Shown here: positions 20,363 to 28,802 of the stretch, piece by piece
Layout: each line of letters starts with the position of its first letter
Position numbering within the stretch: position 1 is the first letter of the stretch
Source: Pseudomonadota bacterium
Lineage (GTDB): Bacteria; UBA10199; 2-02-FULL-44-16; JAAZCA01
DNA: 28,802 nt
Reading direction: 5' to 3'
NCBI GenBank assembly: GCA_043822785.1
Contig: JBDRBN010000115.1
Location: 1-28,802 of the forward strand
Translations under genes and position numbers: made by a program
The notes under the pieces: model-generated
What the model was told of the DNA's origin: nothing
The model's database searches: none
What the model saw: only the letters and a program-made list of their open reading frames with translations

Positions 20363-21265
20363 ATGAACAAGAACAGGAGCAAGAGACAAGGTGCAGACAA
20401 GACCAAGAACATGAAGCAGAATGGAAAGGGGCATGACATCATGCCTTTTGATCCGAACGCCATCTTCCGTTCGATGGAGGGGCAGATGTCGAACCTGGGG
20501 GGCGATAGCCGTAACAGGAAAAACGCCGAGGATCTAGCGCAGCAGATGATCTACGATGCTTGGGAGGCCGATAAACCGGATCAACGCGTGGCCTTAGCCA
20601 GGAAAGCTCTAGAAATATGCCCGGACTGTGCCGATGCCTATAGCATTCTTGCAGAAGAAAGCGCGGAGTCTCTGGGACATGCCATAGATCTCTATCAAAA
20701 GGCACTTGAGGGAGGCGAGCGACTACTTGGCAAAAAATTTTTCAAGGAGAATGAGGGACATTTCTGGGGTCTTATCGAGACTAGGCCCTACATGCGTGCG
20801 TGCTGCAGCCTTGCGCAGTGTCTGTGGGAGGACGGACGGATGGAGGAAGCAGTCGATCATTTTTGGGGCATGCTCCGTTTGAATCCCAACGACAATCAGG
20901 GCGTTCGCGATCTCCTGATGCCGTGTCTTATCGAGCTCGATCGTGATGAAGATGCGGAAAAGCTCTTTAAGCAATATAAGGAAGACGGCATGGCTGCGTG
21001 GGTTTATTCCCGAGCGCTTCTGAATTTTCGCAAGAAAGGCGATGGCGAGATTGCGCGCAAGTCGCTAAAGGCGGCCATCAATGCAAACAGGCATGTTCCT
21101 GTTTATCTCCTTCGTCGTAAGAAAATGCCGAAAGAGCTGCCAGGCTATTACGGCATCGGCGATGAGAACGAAGCTGTCATTTATGCCCACGGCAACAGCG
21201 CTGCATGGAAGGCAAGCGCCGGCGCGCTTGAGTGGCTTGCAGCAAACGCAAACATAGGCGGCTGA
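20363..21265 (+). CDS. Conserved hypothetical TPR-like helical protein
   Basis: AQQMIYDAWE, ARKALEICPDCADAY, FWGLIETRPYMRA, LRLNPNDNQGVR motifs; RBS GAGGG. Confidence 0.75.
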   Translation: MNKNRSKRQGADKTKNMKQNGKGHDIMPFDPNAIFRSMEGQMSNLGGDSRNRKNAEDLAQQMIYDAWEADKPDQRVALARKALEICPDCADAYSILAEESAESLGHAIDLYQKALEGGERLLGKKFFKENEGHFWGLIETRPYMRACCSLAQCLWEDGRMEEAVDHFWGMLRLNPNDNQGVRDLLMPCLIELDRDEDAEKLFKQYKEDGMAAWVYSRALLNFRKKGDGEIARKSLKAAINANRHVPVYLLRRKKMPKELPGYYGIGDENEAVIYAHGNSAAWKASAGALEWLAANANIGG

Positions 21266-21293
21266 TGTCTGTGTGACGAAATTCCCGGAAAAT

Positions 21294-21353
21294 ACCAGAA
21301 ACAACATCGACAACGTCTGGGGCATAAAGTCTCTATTAAAGAAATTCTTCTGA
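21294..21353 (+). repeat. Direct repeat 1, copy B (orphan rseP 3' end)
   Basis: Encodes TRNNIDNVWGIKSLLKKFF* versus TINDIDNVWGIKSLLKKFF* of rseP. Confidence 0.9.
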
Positions 21354-21523
21354 GTTTTCACTTCCTCATACACTCCGCTCAAAACGCTGCTTTATGCAGC
21401 TGTGAAGTGATCCTTCACGCCCAGCGCATACAATTGATTGCGTCATCACCTTTTCTTGACAGATTTGCCAGCTTGCATAAGTATCCGATTATTCATAGCT
21501 ATTGAGTTGCCGGAGGATGCGGA

Positions 21524-24342
21524 ATGACGAAGGCTCCCGAATTATTGAAGAGGTTAGTTGCGCGGTTCCACGAGCACATCGACGATTACAAATCCGGCGC
21601 CTACAAGGAGGAGCAGGTCTGCGCCGAGTTCATCCTGCCAATGTTCGAGGCACTCGGTTGGGATATCCAGAATCGTGAAGGCTATTCAGAGGCCTACAAA
21701 GAGGTCATCCATCATGATTCAATAAAGACCGGTGTCGGGACAAAGGCGCCGGACTACTGTTTCCGGATAGGCGGCATCCGCAAATTCTTCCTGGAGGCCA
21801 AGAAGCCTTCGGTCAGCATCGAAGATGAGCCCCATCCGGCCTTCCAGCTCAGGCGCTACGCATGGAGCGCGAAACTTCCGCTCGGTATCGTCACCGACTT
21901 CGAGGAGTTTGCTGTTTACGACTGCCGGACAAGGCCCTCAAAATCCGACAAGGCCTCCACCGCCCGCATCATGTACCTCAAATACGATCAATATCTTGAT
22001 CGCTGGGACGAGATCGCCGGCGTCTTTTCAAAAGATGCGGTCCTCAAGGGTTCCTTCGATAAATATGCTGAAAGCACTAAGGGTAGGCGTGGTACGGCGA
22101 GCGTGGACTCGAAGAGATCGAGCGGTGGCGCAAGCTCCTTGCTCAGGGTATTGCGCAGTGCAACAAGCTCGGCGTTCGCGAACTCAACTTCGCGGTCCAG
22201 GCGATAATAGACCGGATCATCTTTCTGCGGATCTGTGAAGATCAGGGGTTTGAAAGCTACGGCCAGCTAATGGCCCTCCAGAATGGGCCACACGTCTACG
22301 AACGGCTCCTCGAAATATTTCACCACGCCGATCGGCGATATAACTCCGGCCTCTTTCACTTTGCGGAAGAACGAGGGCGCCCCACGCCTGCAGACGAACT
22401 GACGCCAAGACTCAAGATAGACGACGGTGACCTTCGGACGATCTTCAAAAATCTCTACTATCCCCAGAGTCCCTACGAATTCTCGGTCATTCCCACAGAG
22501 ATACTGGGACAGGCCTATGAGCGCTTTCTAGGCAAGGTCATCCATCTCACGCCCACGCGGCGCGCTAAGATAGAGGAAAAGCCTGAAGTCCGAAAGGCGG
22601 GCGGCGTCTATTACACGCCATCGTACATCGTGGACTACATCGTAAAGAACACGGTCGGAAAATTGCTGGAGGGCAAGACGCCGAAAGAAGCGGCAAAGCT
22701 CCGCGTCCTCGATCCTGCCTGCGGTTCCGGTTCGTTTCTCATCGGCGCGTACGATCATTTGAGGAGGTGGCACCTCGACTGGTATGTCAAAAATAATCCG
22801 GAAAAGTGGTCGAAAGGTAAATCCCCTGCGGTCTTCAAGGTCCGAAAGGATGAATGGGTTCTCACATTCAAGGAACAGAGGCGCATCCTGACGGACAATC
22901 TCTATGGCGTGGATATCGATCCACAGGCTGTGGAGGTGACTAAACTGTCATTGCTTCTCAAACTCTTGGAGGGTCTCACGCAGCACGAGATGTTCCGCGA
23001 GCACTCGCTCCCCGACCTCGGCAGCAACATCAAATGCGGAAATTCTCTGATAGGGCCGGATTTTTATGACAAAAGCCAGATGGGCCTCTTTACGGACGAA
23101 GAGCGCGACAAAATCAATGCCTTCGACTGGAATCACGAATTCCCTTCTATCATGGGCCAACGCGGATTCGATGCGGTGATTGGTAATCCACCGTGGATAT
23201 CGTTGTCTGGTAAGTTTGGTAACGATATATGTCAGCCAAACGAGATCGAGTATCTAATAAAAGAATATCATGGAAATACATATATGCCCAATATGTATGA
23301 ATACTTCGTTTCAAAGGGAATGAATCTATTGGCACTGAGCGGATTTTTCAGTTTTATCGTTCCCGATCGATTAGGATATAATAAACAGTTCATTAATCTG
23401 CGGAAACGAATACTGTCAAACATGACCGTCATTTCATTAGTCTATAAAGTTCCTTTTCCAGGGATTACCGCAGATACACTGATATTCGTTTTGCGGAACT
23501 CAAGTTCCTCTGGTAGTAGTAATATTGCGATATCTGAATTCGGAATGAATATCATAAATAGATCGCAGAGTGATTTTATCAAAGATCCTACCCATAGTTT
23601 TGAGTATTTTGAGAATCCTGAGACAATGGCGTTCGTACAAAAACTTTTATCATTAAATGATGCTCTCTCTCTATGTCAGCTATGTGAAACAACGTCTGGT
23701 TTCGGAGGAAAATCTGAACTTATATATGAAAAGAAAAATAGCCCGAAACAGATACGTACCCTAAAGGGCGACAGCATAGCTCGTTATGATCATCGAAACA
23801 TTTATTGGTTTGATTTCTGTAAACAAAACATTACGGGACGCACAACGGATAAGGCAAAATTAGGAGCAATCCCTAAGGTACTTATCAGGAAAACGGGGGA
23901 TCGACTCATCGCAACGTATGATGACTCGGGGATCTATCCGGAACAATCGCTCTATTTTCTCTACAATAATAAGTCGAATCTTAACTTTAAGTATATTTTA
24001 GGCATTTTGAATTCCAAGCTTATAACGTCATATTTTAAAGCTAAATGCTTAACGAACAAGAAGAGCATTGCACAGGTGAAGAAAGTAGACCTTGATTGCA
24101 TTCCCATTCTTAATTTAAACATTCATAGTGCTTTGGGTAAATCTCGACACGATCGAATGGTCAGGCTCGTGGAGCAAATGTTATCCCTCAAAAAGAGTTT
24201 GTCAGTGGCAAAAATGCCCCACACAATGACTTTGTTGCAGCGCCAGATCGACACCACCGACCGCCAGATCGACCAGCTGGTGTATGAGCTCTACGACTTG
24301 ACGGAGGAGGAGATAAGGATTGTGGAGGGATCTACTAGATAA
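21524..24342 (+). pseudogene. Type IIG (Eco57I-like, fused nuclease-methyltransferase-specificity) R-M gene split by a frameshift near 22108
   Basis: Frame 1 (21524-22207): PDY...FLEAKKP nuclease motif. Frame 2 continues from 22108 as LEEIERWRKLLA...IDRIIFLRICEDQG into the 22270 ORF. Confidence 0.8.
22270..24342 (+). CDS. N6-adenine DNA methyltransferase + specificity domain portion of the split R-M gene (may be translated alone)
   Basis: GVYYTP, motif I LDPACGSGSFL, YGVDID, motif IV GNPPW, C-terminal TaqI-like TRD, ending RQIDQLVYELYDLTEEEI. Confidence 0.7.
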   Translation: MALQNGPHVYERLLEIFHHADRRYNSGLFHFAEERGRPTPADELTPRLKIDDGDLRTIFKNLYYPQSPYEFSVIPTEILGQAYERFLGKVIHLTPTRRAKIEEKPEVRKAGGVYYTPSYIVDYIVKNTVGKLLEGKTPKEAAKLRVLDPACGSGSFLIGAYDHLRRWHLDWYVKNNPEKWSKGKSPAVFKVRKDEWVLTFKEQRRILTDNLYGVDIDPQAVEVTKLSLLLKLLEGLTQHEMFREHSLPDLGSNIKCGNSLIGPDFYDKSQMGLFTDEERDKINAFDWNHEFPSIMGQRGFDAVIGNPPWISLSGKFGNDICQPNEIEYLIKEYHGNTYMPNMYEYFVSKGMNLLALSGFFSFIVPDRLGYNKQFINLRKRILSNMTVISLVYKVPFPGITADTLIFVLRNSSSSGSSNIAISEFGMNIINRSQSDFIKDPTHSFEYFENPETMAFVQKLLSLNDALSLCQLCETTSGFGGKSELIYEKKNSPKQIRTLKGDSIARYDHRNIYWFDFCKQNITGRTTDKAKLGAIPKVLIRKTGDRLIATYDDSGIYPEQSLYFLYNNKSNLNFKYILGILNSKLITSYFKAKCLTNKKSIAQVKKVDLDCIPILNLNIHSALGKSRHDRMVRLVEQMLSLKKSLSVAKMPHTMTLLQRQIDTTDRQIDQLVYELYDLTEEEIRIVEGSTR

Positions 24343-24398
24343 ATATACTCCTCCAATGTACCTTTTGTGGGGAGTTGTGAAGAAATAAAGGAGATAAT

Positions 24399-24971
24399 AT
24401 GTCTATAGCAGATTGGCTCATAATTACGGCAGTTATTCTGGGCCCAATATTGGCGGTACAAGCTCAAAAAATCTTGGAAACAATGAGGGAAAAGAACAAC
24501 CGGAGGCTATGGGTTTTTAAAACACTTATGGCAACGAGGGGTCAACCTTTAAATCCACTTCACGTTGAAGCGCTTAATATGATCGATATTGAGTTTTATG
24601 GCAAAGATAAGAAGGATAAAAAGATAATTGAAAAATGGAGAGAATACTTAGATCATTTGGCGAGCATGCCCCAGGATCAAAAAGACAAATCATATGATGC
24701 AAATTTTGCCAGATGGAAACAAAAAAATCAGGATTATTTAATGGAACTCCTAAATGAAATGAGTCGAGCTCTGGGATATAAGTTTGATAATGTTACATTG
24801 AAGAAAGGTATCTATGTTCCTCGCGGCCACAACGAGCTTGAAAATGATCAATATTATCTAAGAAAGTTATTAATTGGCGTAATGTTGGGTCAGCAAGCTA
24901 TACCAATTGAAATTAGAGAACAGGAAAAACCTTCTATTCCAGAACAATCGGGAGCGAAGCAAAATATGTAG
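24399..24971 (+). CDS. DUF6680-like hypothetical protein with N-terminal membrane anchor
   Basis: RBS AAGGAG; N-terminal TM (WLIITAVILGPILAV); FKTLMATR, HVEALNMIDIEF, GIYVPRGH motifs; family name from recall, not from a search. Confidence 0.7.
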   Translation: MSIADWLIITAVILGPILAVQAQKILETMREKNNRRLWVFKTLMATRGQPLNPLHVEALNMIDIEFYGKDKKDKKIIEKWREYLDHLASMPQDQKDKSYDANFARWKQKNQDYLMELLNEMSRALGYKFDNVTLKKGIYVPRGHNELENDQYYLRKLLIGVMLGQQAIPIEIREQEKPSIPEQSGAKQNM

Positions 24972-24992
24972 AGCATTGCGTCTGACCATGCA

Positions 24993-25033
24993 CACCCACC
25001 GCCAGATCGATCAGCTGGTGTATGAGCTGTACG
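24993..25033 (+). repeat. Direct repeat 2: orphan copy of the R-M gene 3' region (24255-24295)
   Basis: 38/41 identical; encodes THRQIDQLVYELY versus TDRQIDQLVYELY. Confidence 0.88.
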
Positions 25034-25171
25034 GAAATGAATTTGCAGAAATTTCTGCGAAAAGGGTTACATCGATGAAATATAAGGAGCTTATTGTCTT
25101 TGAAATTTCTGAGGTAGTCGTTAGTTAGGGCGAACATGGTGACAGGTTAATTCTTGTAATAAAAAGGCTAC

Positions 25172-25194
25172 TATGACATCATAATGGTGTCATA
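25172..25194. promoter_or_regulatory. Operator-like inverted repeat overlapping a -10-like CATAAT
   Basis: TATGACATCAT-A-ATGGTGTCATA, 11-bp arms with one mismatch. Confidence 0.5.
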
Positions 25195-25240
25195 CCCGCC
25201 GCGCCTCTGCTTTGCATGCGAAATTCGGCGGGTTTTTTAT
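25194..25240 (+). terminator. Terminator-like stem with U-tract
   Basis: ACCCGCCG...CGGCGGGT followed by TTTTTAT; unusually large loop. Confidence 0.5.
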
Positions 25241-25412
25241 GTCCGCGCGGAGATAGCCGATTTTACCGCCCGTCGGACCGGCCAGCCGTTATGCTGCTCC
25301 TACTAATTTCTCCGCTGAAAAATATCTTGCAAAGTGAACGATCAGGGCAATAAGGACTTAATATGGCATGGTTGATCCTGCCATCATTGTGATAACGCAT
25401 ACGGAGGCTATT

Positions 25413-26270
25413 ATGAAAAAAGAACTCATAGTAAAACTTCATCAGAGCTTCGATGCCATAGCTAACGAGAAGAACGGCGTTGAGTATTGGCTTGCCAGGG
25501 AACTTCAAGAGCTATTGGATTACAGTGAATGGCGCAATTTTTTCCTGGTCATCGAAAAAGCCAAAATTGCTTGTTTAAATGCAGGGCAGGCCATTAAGGA
25601 CCATTTTGTTGACGTCAACAAAATGGTCCGATTGGGTTCAGGCAGTGAAAGAAATATCGATGACATCATGTTGTCCAGATATGCCTGTTACCTTATTGCT
25701 CAAAACGGCGACCCAAGAAAAGATACCATAGCATTTGCGCAGAGCTACTTTGCGGTCCAGACGCGAAAGCAGGAAATCCTCGAACAGCGCATTGCGCTTA
25801 CAGAACGCCTTCGGGCGCGGGAAAAGCTAGTGGCAACTGAAGCCGAGTTATCAGGACTTATCTATGAAAGAGGAGTTGACGGGCAGGGTTTCGGAAGGAT
25901 CCGCAGCAAAGGTGATGAGGCCCTCTTTGGCGGCTTCACTACCCTTGAGATGAAACGAAAATACAGCGTTCCTGAGCGCCGTCCGCTTGCGGATTTTCTG
26001 CCCACACTTACGATCAAGGCCAAAGACTTTGCCGCCGAGATTACCAATTTTAACGTGAAGAAGGACGATCTGCACGGCGAACCCGCAATCACAAGAGAGC
26101 ATGTGAAGAACAACAAGGATGTACGTAATCTTCTGGCCAAGAGTGATATCCGGCCTGAGAATCTACCACCGGAAGAGGACATCAAGAAACTGGAACGACG
26201 AGTTAATGCGGATGATAAGCGGATGTTTAAATTTGCAGCGAGACTGCCGAATGGGAAGAAAGAAAACTAA
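25413..26270 (+). CDS. dinD: DNA-damage-inducible protein D (Bro-N-like N-terminus)
   Basis: [57 protein letters not shown] 25413 after GGAGG. Confidence 0.9.
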   Translation: MKKELIVKLHQSFDAIANEKNGVEYWLARELQELLDYSEWRNFFLVIEKAKIACLNAGQAIKDHFVDVNKMVRLGSGSERNIDDIMLSRYACYLIAQNGDPRKDTIAFAQSYFAVQTRKQEILEQRIALTERLRAREKLVATEAELSGLIYERGVDGQGFGRIRSKGDEALFGGFTTLEMKRKYSVPERRPLADFLPTLTIKAKDFAAEITNFNVKKDDLHGEPAITREHVKNNKDVRNLLAKSDIRPENLPPEEDIKKLERRVNADDKRMFKFAARLPNGKKEN

Positions 26271-26376
26271 TCAATCAGATTGGGTAAGAAACCTCATACA
26301 TAACCCCCCAACGACTTTTAGGTCGATCAGCTAAACAATCTTGACTTCTCTCCTAAATCCAATCCAAATTACATGG

Positions 26377-27096
26377 ATGCGCATCTTATCCATCGACACT
26401 ACTTCCATTGCCGGTTCGGTTGCGCTTTCAGAGAACGACAAGCTCATTGCGCAAGAGCAGCAGGGTGCGGGCGGCACTCACTCTGAGAAGTTATTCCCTA
26501 CGATCGATCATCTCCTACAAGTTGCTAAGTGGCAGCAAAGCGATATCCAAGGTATAGCCGTAGCCATAGGGCCGGGATCATTCACGGGCCTTCGCATTGG
26601 TCTTGCGGCTGCAAAGGGCTTTGCACTTGCTCTTGACTGTCCTGTTGCCGGCGTGTCGTCGCTTGCGACGCTAGCCTTAAACGGCCTGGGTTTTTCAGGT
26701 ACGGTAATTCCACTTATCGATGCCAGGCGCAGTGAAATATATGCAGCAGCATGGCAGGTGGACTCTGAAGGAAATATGAAACAGAAGCTGGAGGAGCTTG
26801 TTGCCCCTCCGGATCAGATCGTCAAACTGCTTTCAGAAATTAAGGGTGATTTTCTTTTGGTAGGTGATGGCGCATTGGCTTACAGCGATTATCTTTGCAA
26901 AGGCCTTAAGCACAGGGCACATATTGCTGAAGGTGCGCAGGTAATGCCCCAGGCTGTAAACCTTGCGCTTCTATCGTGGAAGAGGCTTGTTAAAGGACGT
27001 GGTGATGATGTTGCTTCGTTAGTGCCAAATTATATCAGACGATCTGATGCAGAGATTGGGTTTATGGGAAAACGCAAGATCCCTCCCCCTTTGTAA
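26377..27096 (+). CDS. tsaB: tRNA threonylcarbamoyladenosine biosynthesis protein TsaB
   Basis: MRILSIDTT, HSEKL, GPGSFTGLRIG, IDARRSEIY, PNYIRRSDAE. Confidence 0.95.
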   Translation: MRILSIDTTSIAGSVALSENDKLIAQEQQGAGGTHSEKLFPTIDHLLQVAKWQQSDIQGIAVAIGPGSFTGLRIGLAAAKGFALALDCPVAGVSSLATLALNGLGFSGTVIPLIDARRSEIYAAAWQVDSEGNMKQKLEELVAPPDQIVKLLSEIKGDFLLVGDGALAYSDYLCKGLKHRAHIAEGAQVMPQAVNLALLSWKRLVKGRGDDVASLVPNYIRRSDAEIGFMGKRKIPPPL

Positions 27097-27120
27097 GGGG
27101 GAGGTTAGGAGGGGGTAGAG
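27082..27120. repeat. REP-like palindromic element (type C) overlapping the tsaB stop codon
   Basis: CCTCCCCCTT-TGT-AAGGGGGAGG followed by TTAGGAGGGGGT. Confidence 0.65.
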
Positions 27121-27132
27121 GGGGAGCAAAAA

Positions 27133-28665
27133 ATGACGATTCGCATTGAAGGAAAGGCATTTACGCTTTCTGAAATCGAGAGGTTTTTAAAAGGTGAGCG
27201 CGTACAAGTAACGCTATCATCTATGAAGAAGGTAAAAAGGGTGCGCGCGTTTGTAGAAGGGGCGCTCTTATCAGATAAGCCCTATTATGGAATCAACACA
27301 GGGGTAGGGCTGCTTTCAAACAAACGTGTTCCTTTAAAAGATTTGGAGAAGCTTCAGGAAAACCTCATAATCTCGCATGCTGTTGGCGTGGGCGATCCGT
27401 TTTTAATTCCTACATGTAAACTCATAATGCTTCTGCGCGCAAATGTTCTGGCACAAGGATATTCAGGGATAAGGGTTGAAACTCTTAAGCTCATTGTCGA
27501 TATGCTAAATAAAAACATTGTACCTGTAATACCCAGGCAGGGTTCAGTGGGTGCAAGCGGTGATTTGGCACCATTGGCGCATCTGGGTCTGGCAATGATT
27601 GGTCGTGGTGAAGTCTTTTATAAAGAAAAGAGAATAGCAGCTAAAAAGGCACTTGGTGCTTGCGGGCTTAAGCCTGTTAAACTTGCAGCAAAAGAGGGCA
27701 TAGCCCTCATAAATGGAACCCAGGCGATGTTGGCAATGGGAGTTTTTGCACTTGTTAAACTCGAAAACCTTTTGCGCGCTTCCGATATTGTTGGCGCACT
27801 TTCCATTGAGGGCGACTCTGCTTCAAAGCGTCCGTTTGATAAACGCATTCATGCTTTGAGGCCTCACCCTGGACAGATCGCTACTGCTGAAAATATAAGA
27901 AAGCTCATCTCAGGCAGCCGCATTATAGCCAGCCACAAGGATTGCAAGCGCGTTCAGGATCCGTATTCCTTTAGGTGCATTCCCCAGGTGCACGGCGCAG
28001 CAAAGGATGCAATAGCTTATGCGCGAGATGTGATAATGCGAGAAATGGGAAGCTGTACGGATAATCCACTCATATTCGCAGACGATGAAGAAATACTATC
28101 CGGCGGCAATTTTCACGGCGAACCTCTTGCAATAGCCATGGATACGATGGGCATGGCAGTGGCTGAGTTAGGTAACATTGCAGAGCGGCGCGTCGCGATT
28201 TTGACAGCGCCTCTAGCCGGAGAGCTTAAAGAAAAGTTCCTTACGCCTGAGTCTGGCATTAACTCAGGTCTCATGATTCCGCACGTGACCATGAGCGCGC
28301 TCGTGTCAGAGAACAAGGTGCTAGCACATCCAGCGTGCGTGGATTCTATTCCCACAAGCGGAGGGCAGGAAGATCATGTGAGCATGGGCACGTTTGCCGC
28401 CAGAAAGGCGCTCATCATAATACGCAATGTGGAGGAGATACTCGCCATAGAGCTTTTTGCTGCATGTGAAGCGATAGACCTTCAGCGCAAGAGGGGCAGA
28501 CCAGGCAAGGGTACCGGCGCAGTATATGATCTTGTGCGAAAGAGTGTTTCGGAAATTTCAGGCGATCGCGAATTTCGGTTAGACATGCAACAATGCGCCG
28601 AGCTCATCCGTTCCGGCCAAGTCGTCAAAACCGCCGAACACACCTGCGGTAAACTGAAGATCTAA
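27133..28665 (+). CDS. hutH: Histidine ammonia-lyase
   Basis: YGINTG, LQENLIISHAVG, MIO motif GSVGASGDLAPLAH, QDPYSFRCIPQVHG, SGGNFHG, QEDHVSMG. Confidence 0.95.
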   Translation: MTIRIEGKAFTLSEIERFLKGERVQVTLSSMKKVKRVRAFVEGALLSDKPYYGINTGVGLLSNKRVPLKDLEKLQENLIISHAVGVGDPFLIPTCKLIMLLRANVLAQGYSGIRVETLKLIVDMLNKNIVPVIPRQGSVGASGDLAPLAHLGLAMIGRGEVFYKEKRIAAKKALGACGLKPVKLAAKEGIALINGTQAMLAMGVFALVKLENLLRASDIVGALSIEGDSASKRPFDKRIHALRPHPGQIATAENIRKLISGSRIIASHKDCKRVQDPYSFRCIPQVHGAAKDAIAYARDVIMREMGSCTDNPLIFADDEEILSGGNFHGEPLAIAMDTMGMAVAELGNIAERRVAILTAPLAGELKEKFLTPESGINSGLMIPHVTMSALVSENKVLAHPACVDSIPTSGGQEDHVSMGTFAARKALIIIRNVEEILAIELFAACEAIDLQRKRGRPGKGTGAVYDLVRKSVSEISGDREFRLDMQQCAELIRSGQVVKTAEHTCGKLKI

Positions 28666-28670
28666 TTGCT

Positions 28671-28802
28671 TCAAGGTAAACCCCCAGCTCTGCTGGGGGA
28701 CTCACAGGGTTTGACATTTGCGGGAGTAAAAAACAGCCTCCGAACCGTGAACCGCCCAAGGCTCAACGGCAAGGAGGCCCGATGCATGATGCAGCCTCGT
28801 TA
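28671..28802 (+). mobile_element. Probable left end of an IS200/IS605-family element with start of tnpA (truncated by window end)
   Basis: Hairpin CCCCCAGC-TCT-GCTGGGGG (28681-28699), TTGACA (28711-28716), RBS AAGGAGG (28771-28777), ATG 28782 reading MHDAASL..., similar to IS200 TnpA N-termini preceding 'SHTxW'. Confidence 0.6.

Larger units (their letters stand above)
20294..26340. other. Accessory island between rseP and tsaB (boundaries approximate)
   Basis: Non-housekeeping genes (TPR-like, R-M, DUF6680-like, dinD), abrupt compositional shifts and duplicated gene ends; no integrase inside. Confidence 0.65.

Noticed and set aside
22081..22207. Programmed -1 ribosomal frameshift in the R-M gene
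   Set aside because: No X XXY YYZ slippery site or homopolymer at the junction, and conserved residues appear to be missing, which favours a deletion.
24907..25128. 73-aa ORF as a real gene; its tail MKYKELIVFEIS loosely resembles four-helix-bundle protein N-termini
   Set aside because: Composite of the duplicated R-M tail and flanking DNA with a TTG start inside the upstream gene; the similarity is too short to support.
25240..25412. LexA/SOS box or dif site upstream of dinD
   Set aside because: No convincing match to the LexA motifs I know or to the XerC/XerD dif consensus.

Overview
Bacterial chromosomal segment, almost all + strand, with gene order typical of deltaproteobacteria-like lineages (inference from synteny). 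Backbone: tRNA-Arg(CCT), C39-like peptidase, IHF/HU, dprA-topA, xerC-hslV-hslU-argF-purA, rpsB-tsf-pyrH-frr-uppS-cdsA-dxr-rseP, tsaB-hutH, and the left end of an IS200-like element at the right edge. There are two accessory inserts. (i) A divergent orphan gene pair between topA and xerC; both genes have the same ACGCAAC-N14-G(C/T)CGA(T/A)AA sigma28-like promoter. (ii) A ~6 kb island between rseP and tsaB carrying a TPR-like gene, a frameshifted type IIG restriction-modification gene with an AT-rich specificity region, a DUF6680-like gene and dinD. The least explained signals are: a ~110-nt rod-shaped candidate ncRNA with its own near-consensus sigma70 promoter between purA and rpsB; two single-gene cassettes, each followed by a second copy of the upstream gene's 3' end that differs mostly at synonymous sites; and three families of 7/9-mer tandem repeats, often arranged as inverted arrays, plus REP-like palindromes, sitting at many gene junctions and entering coding sequence. 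All calls come from reading the sequence; no database searches were run.
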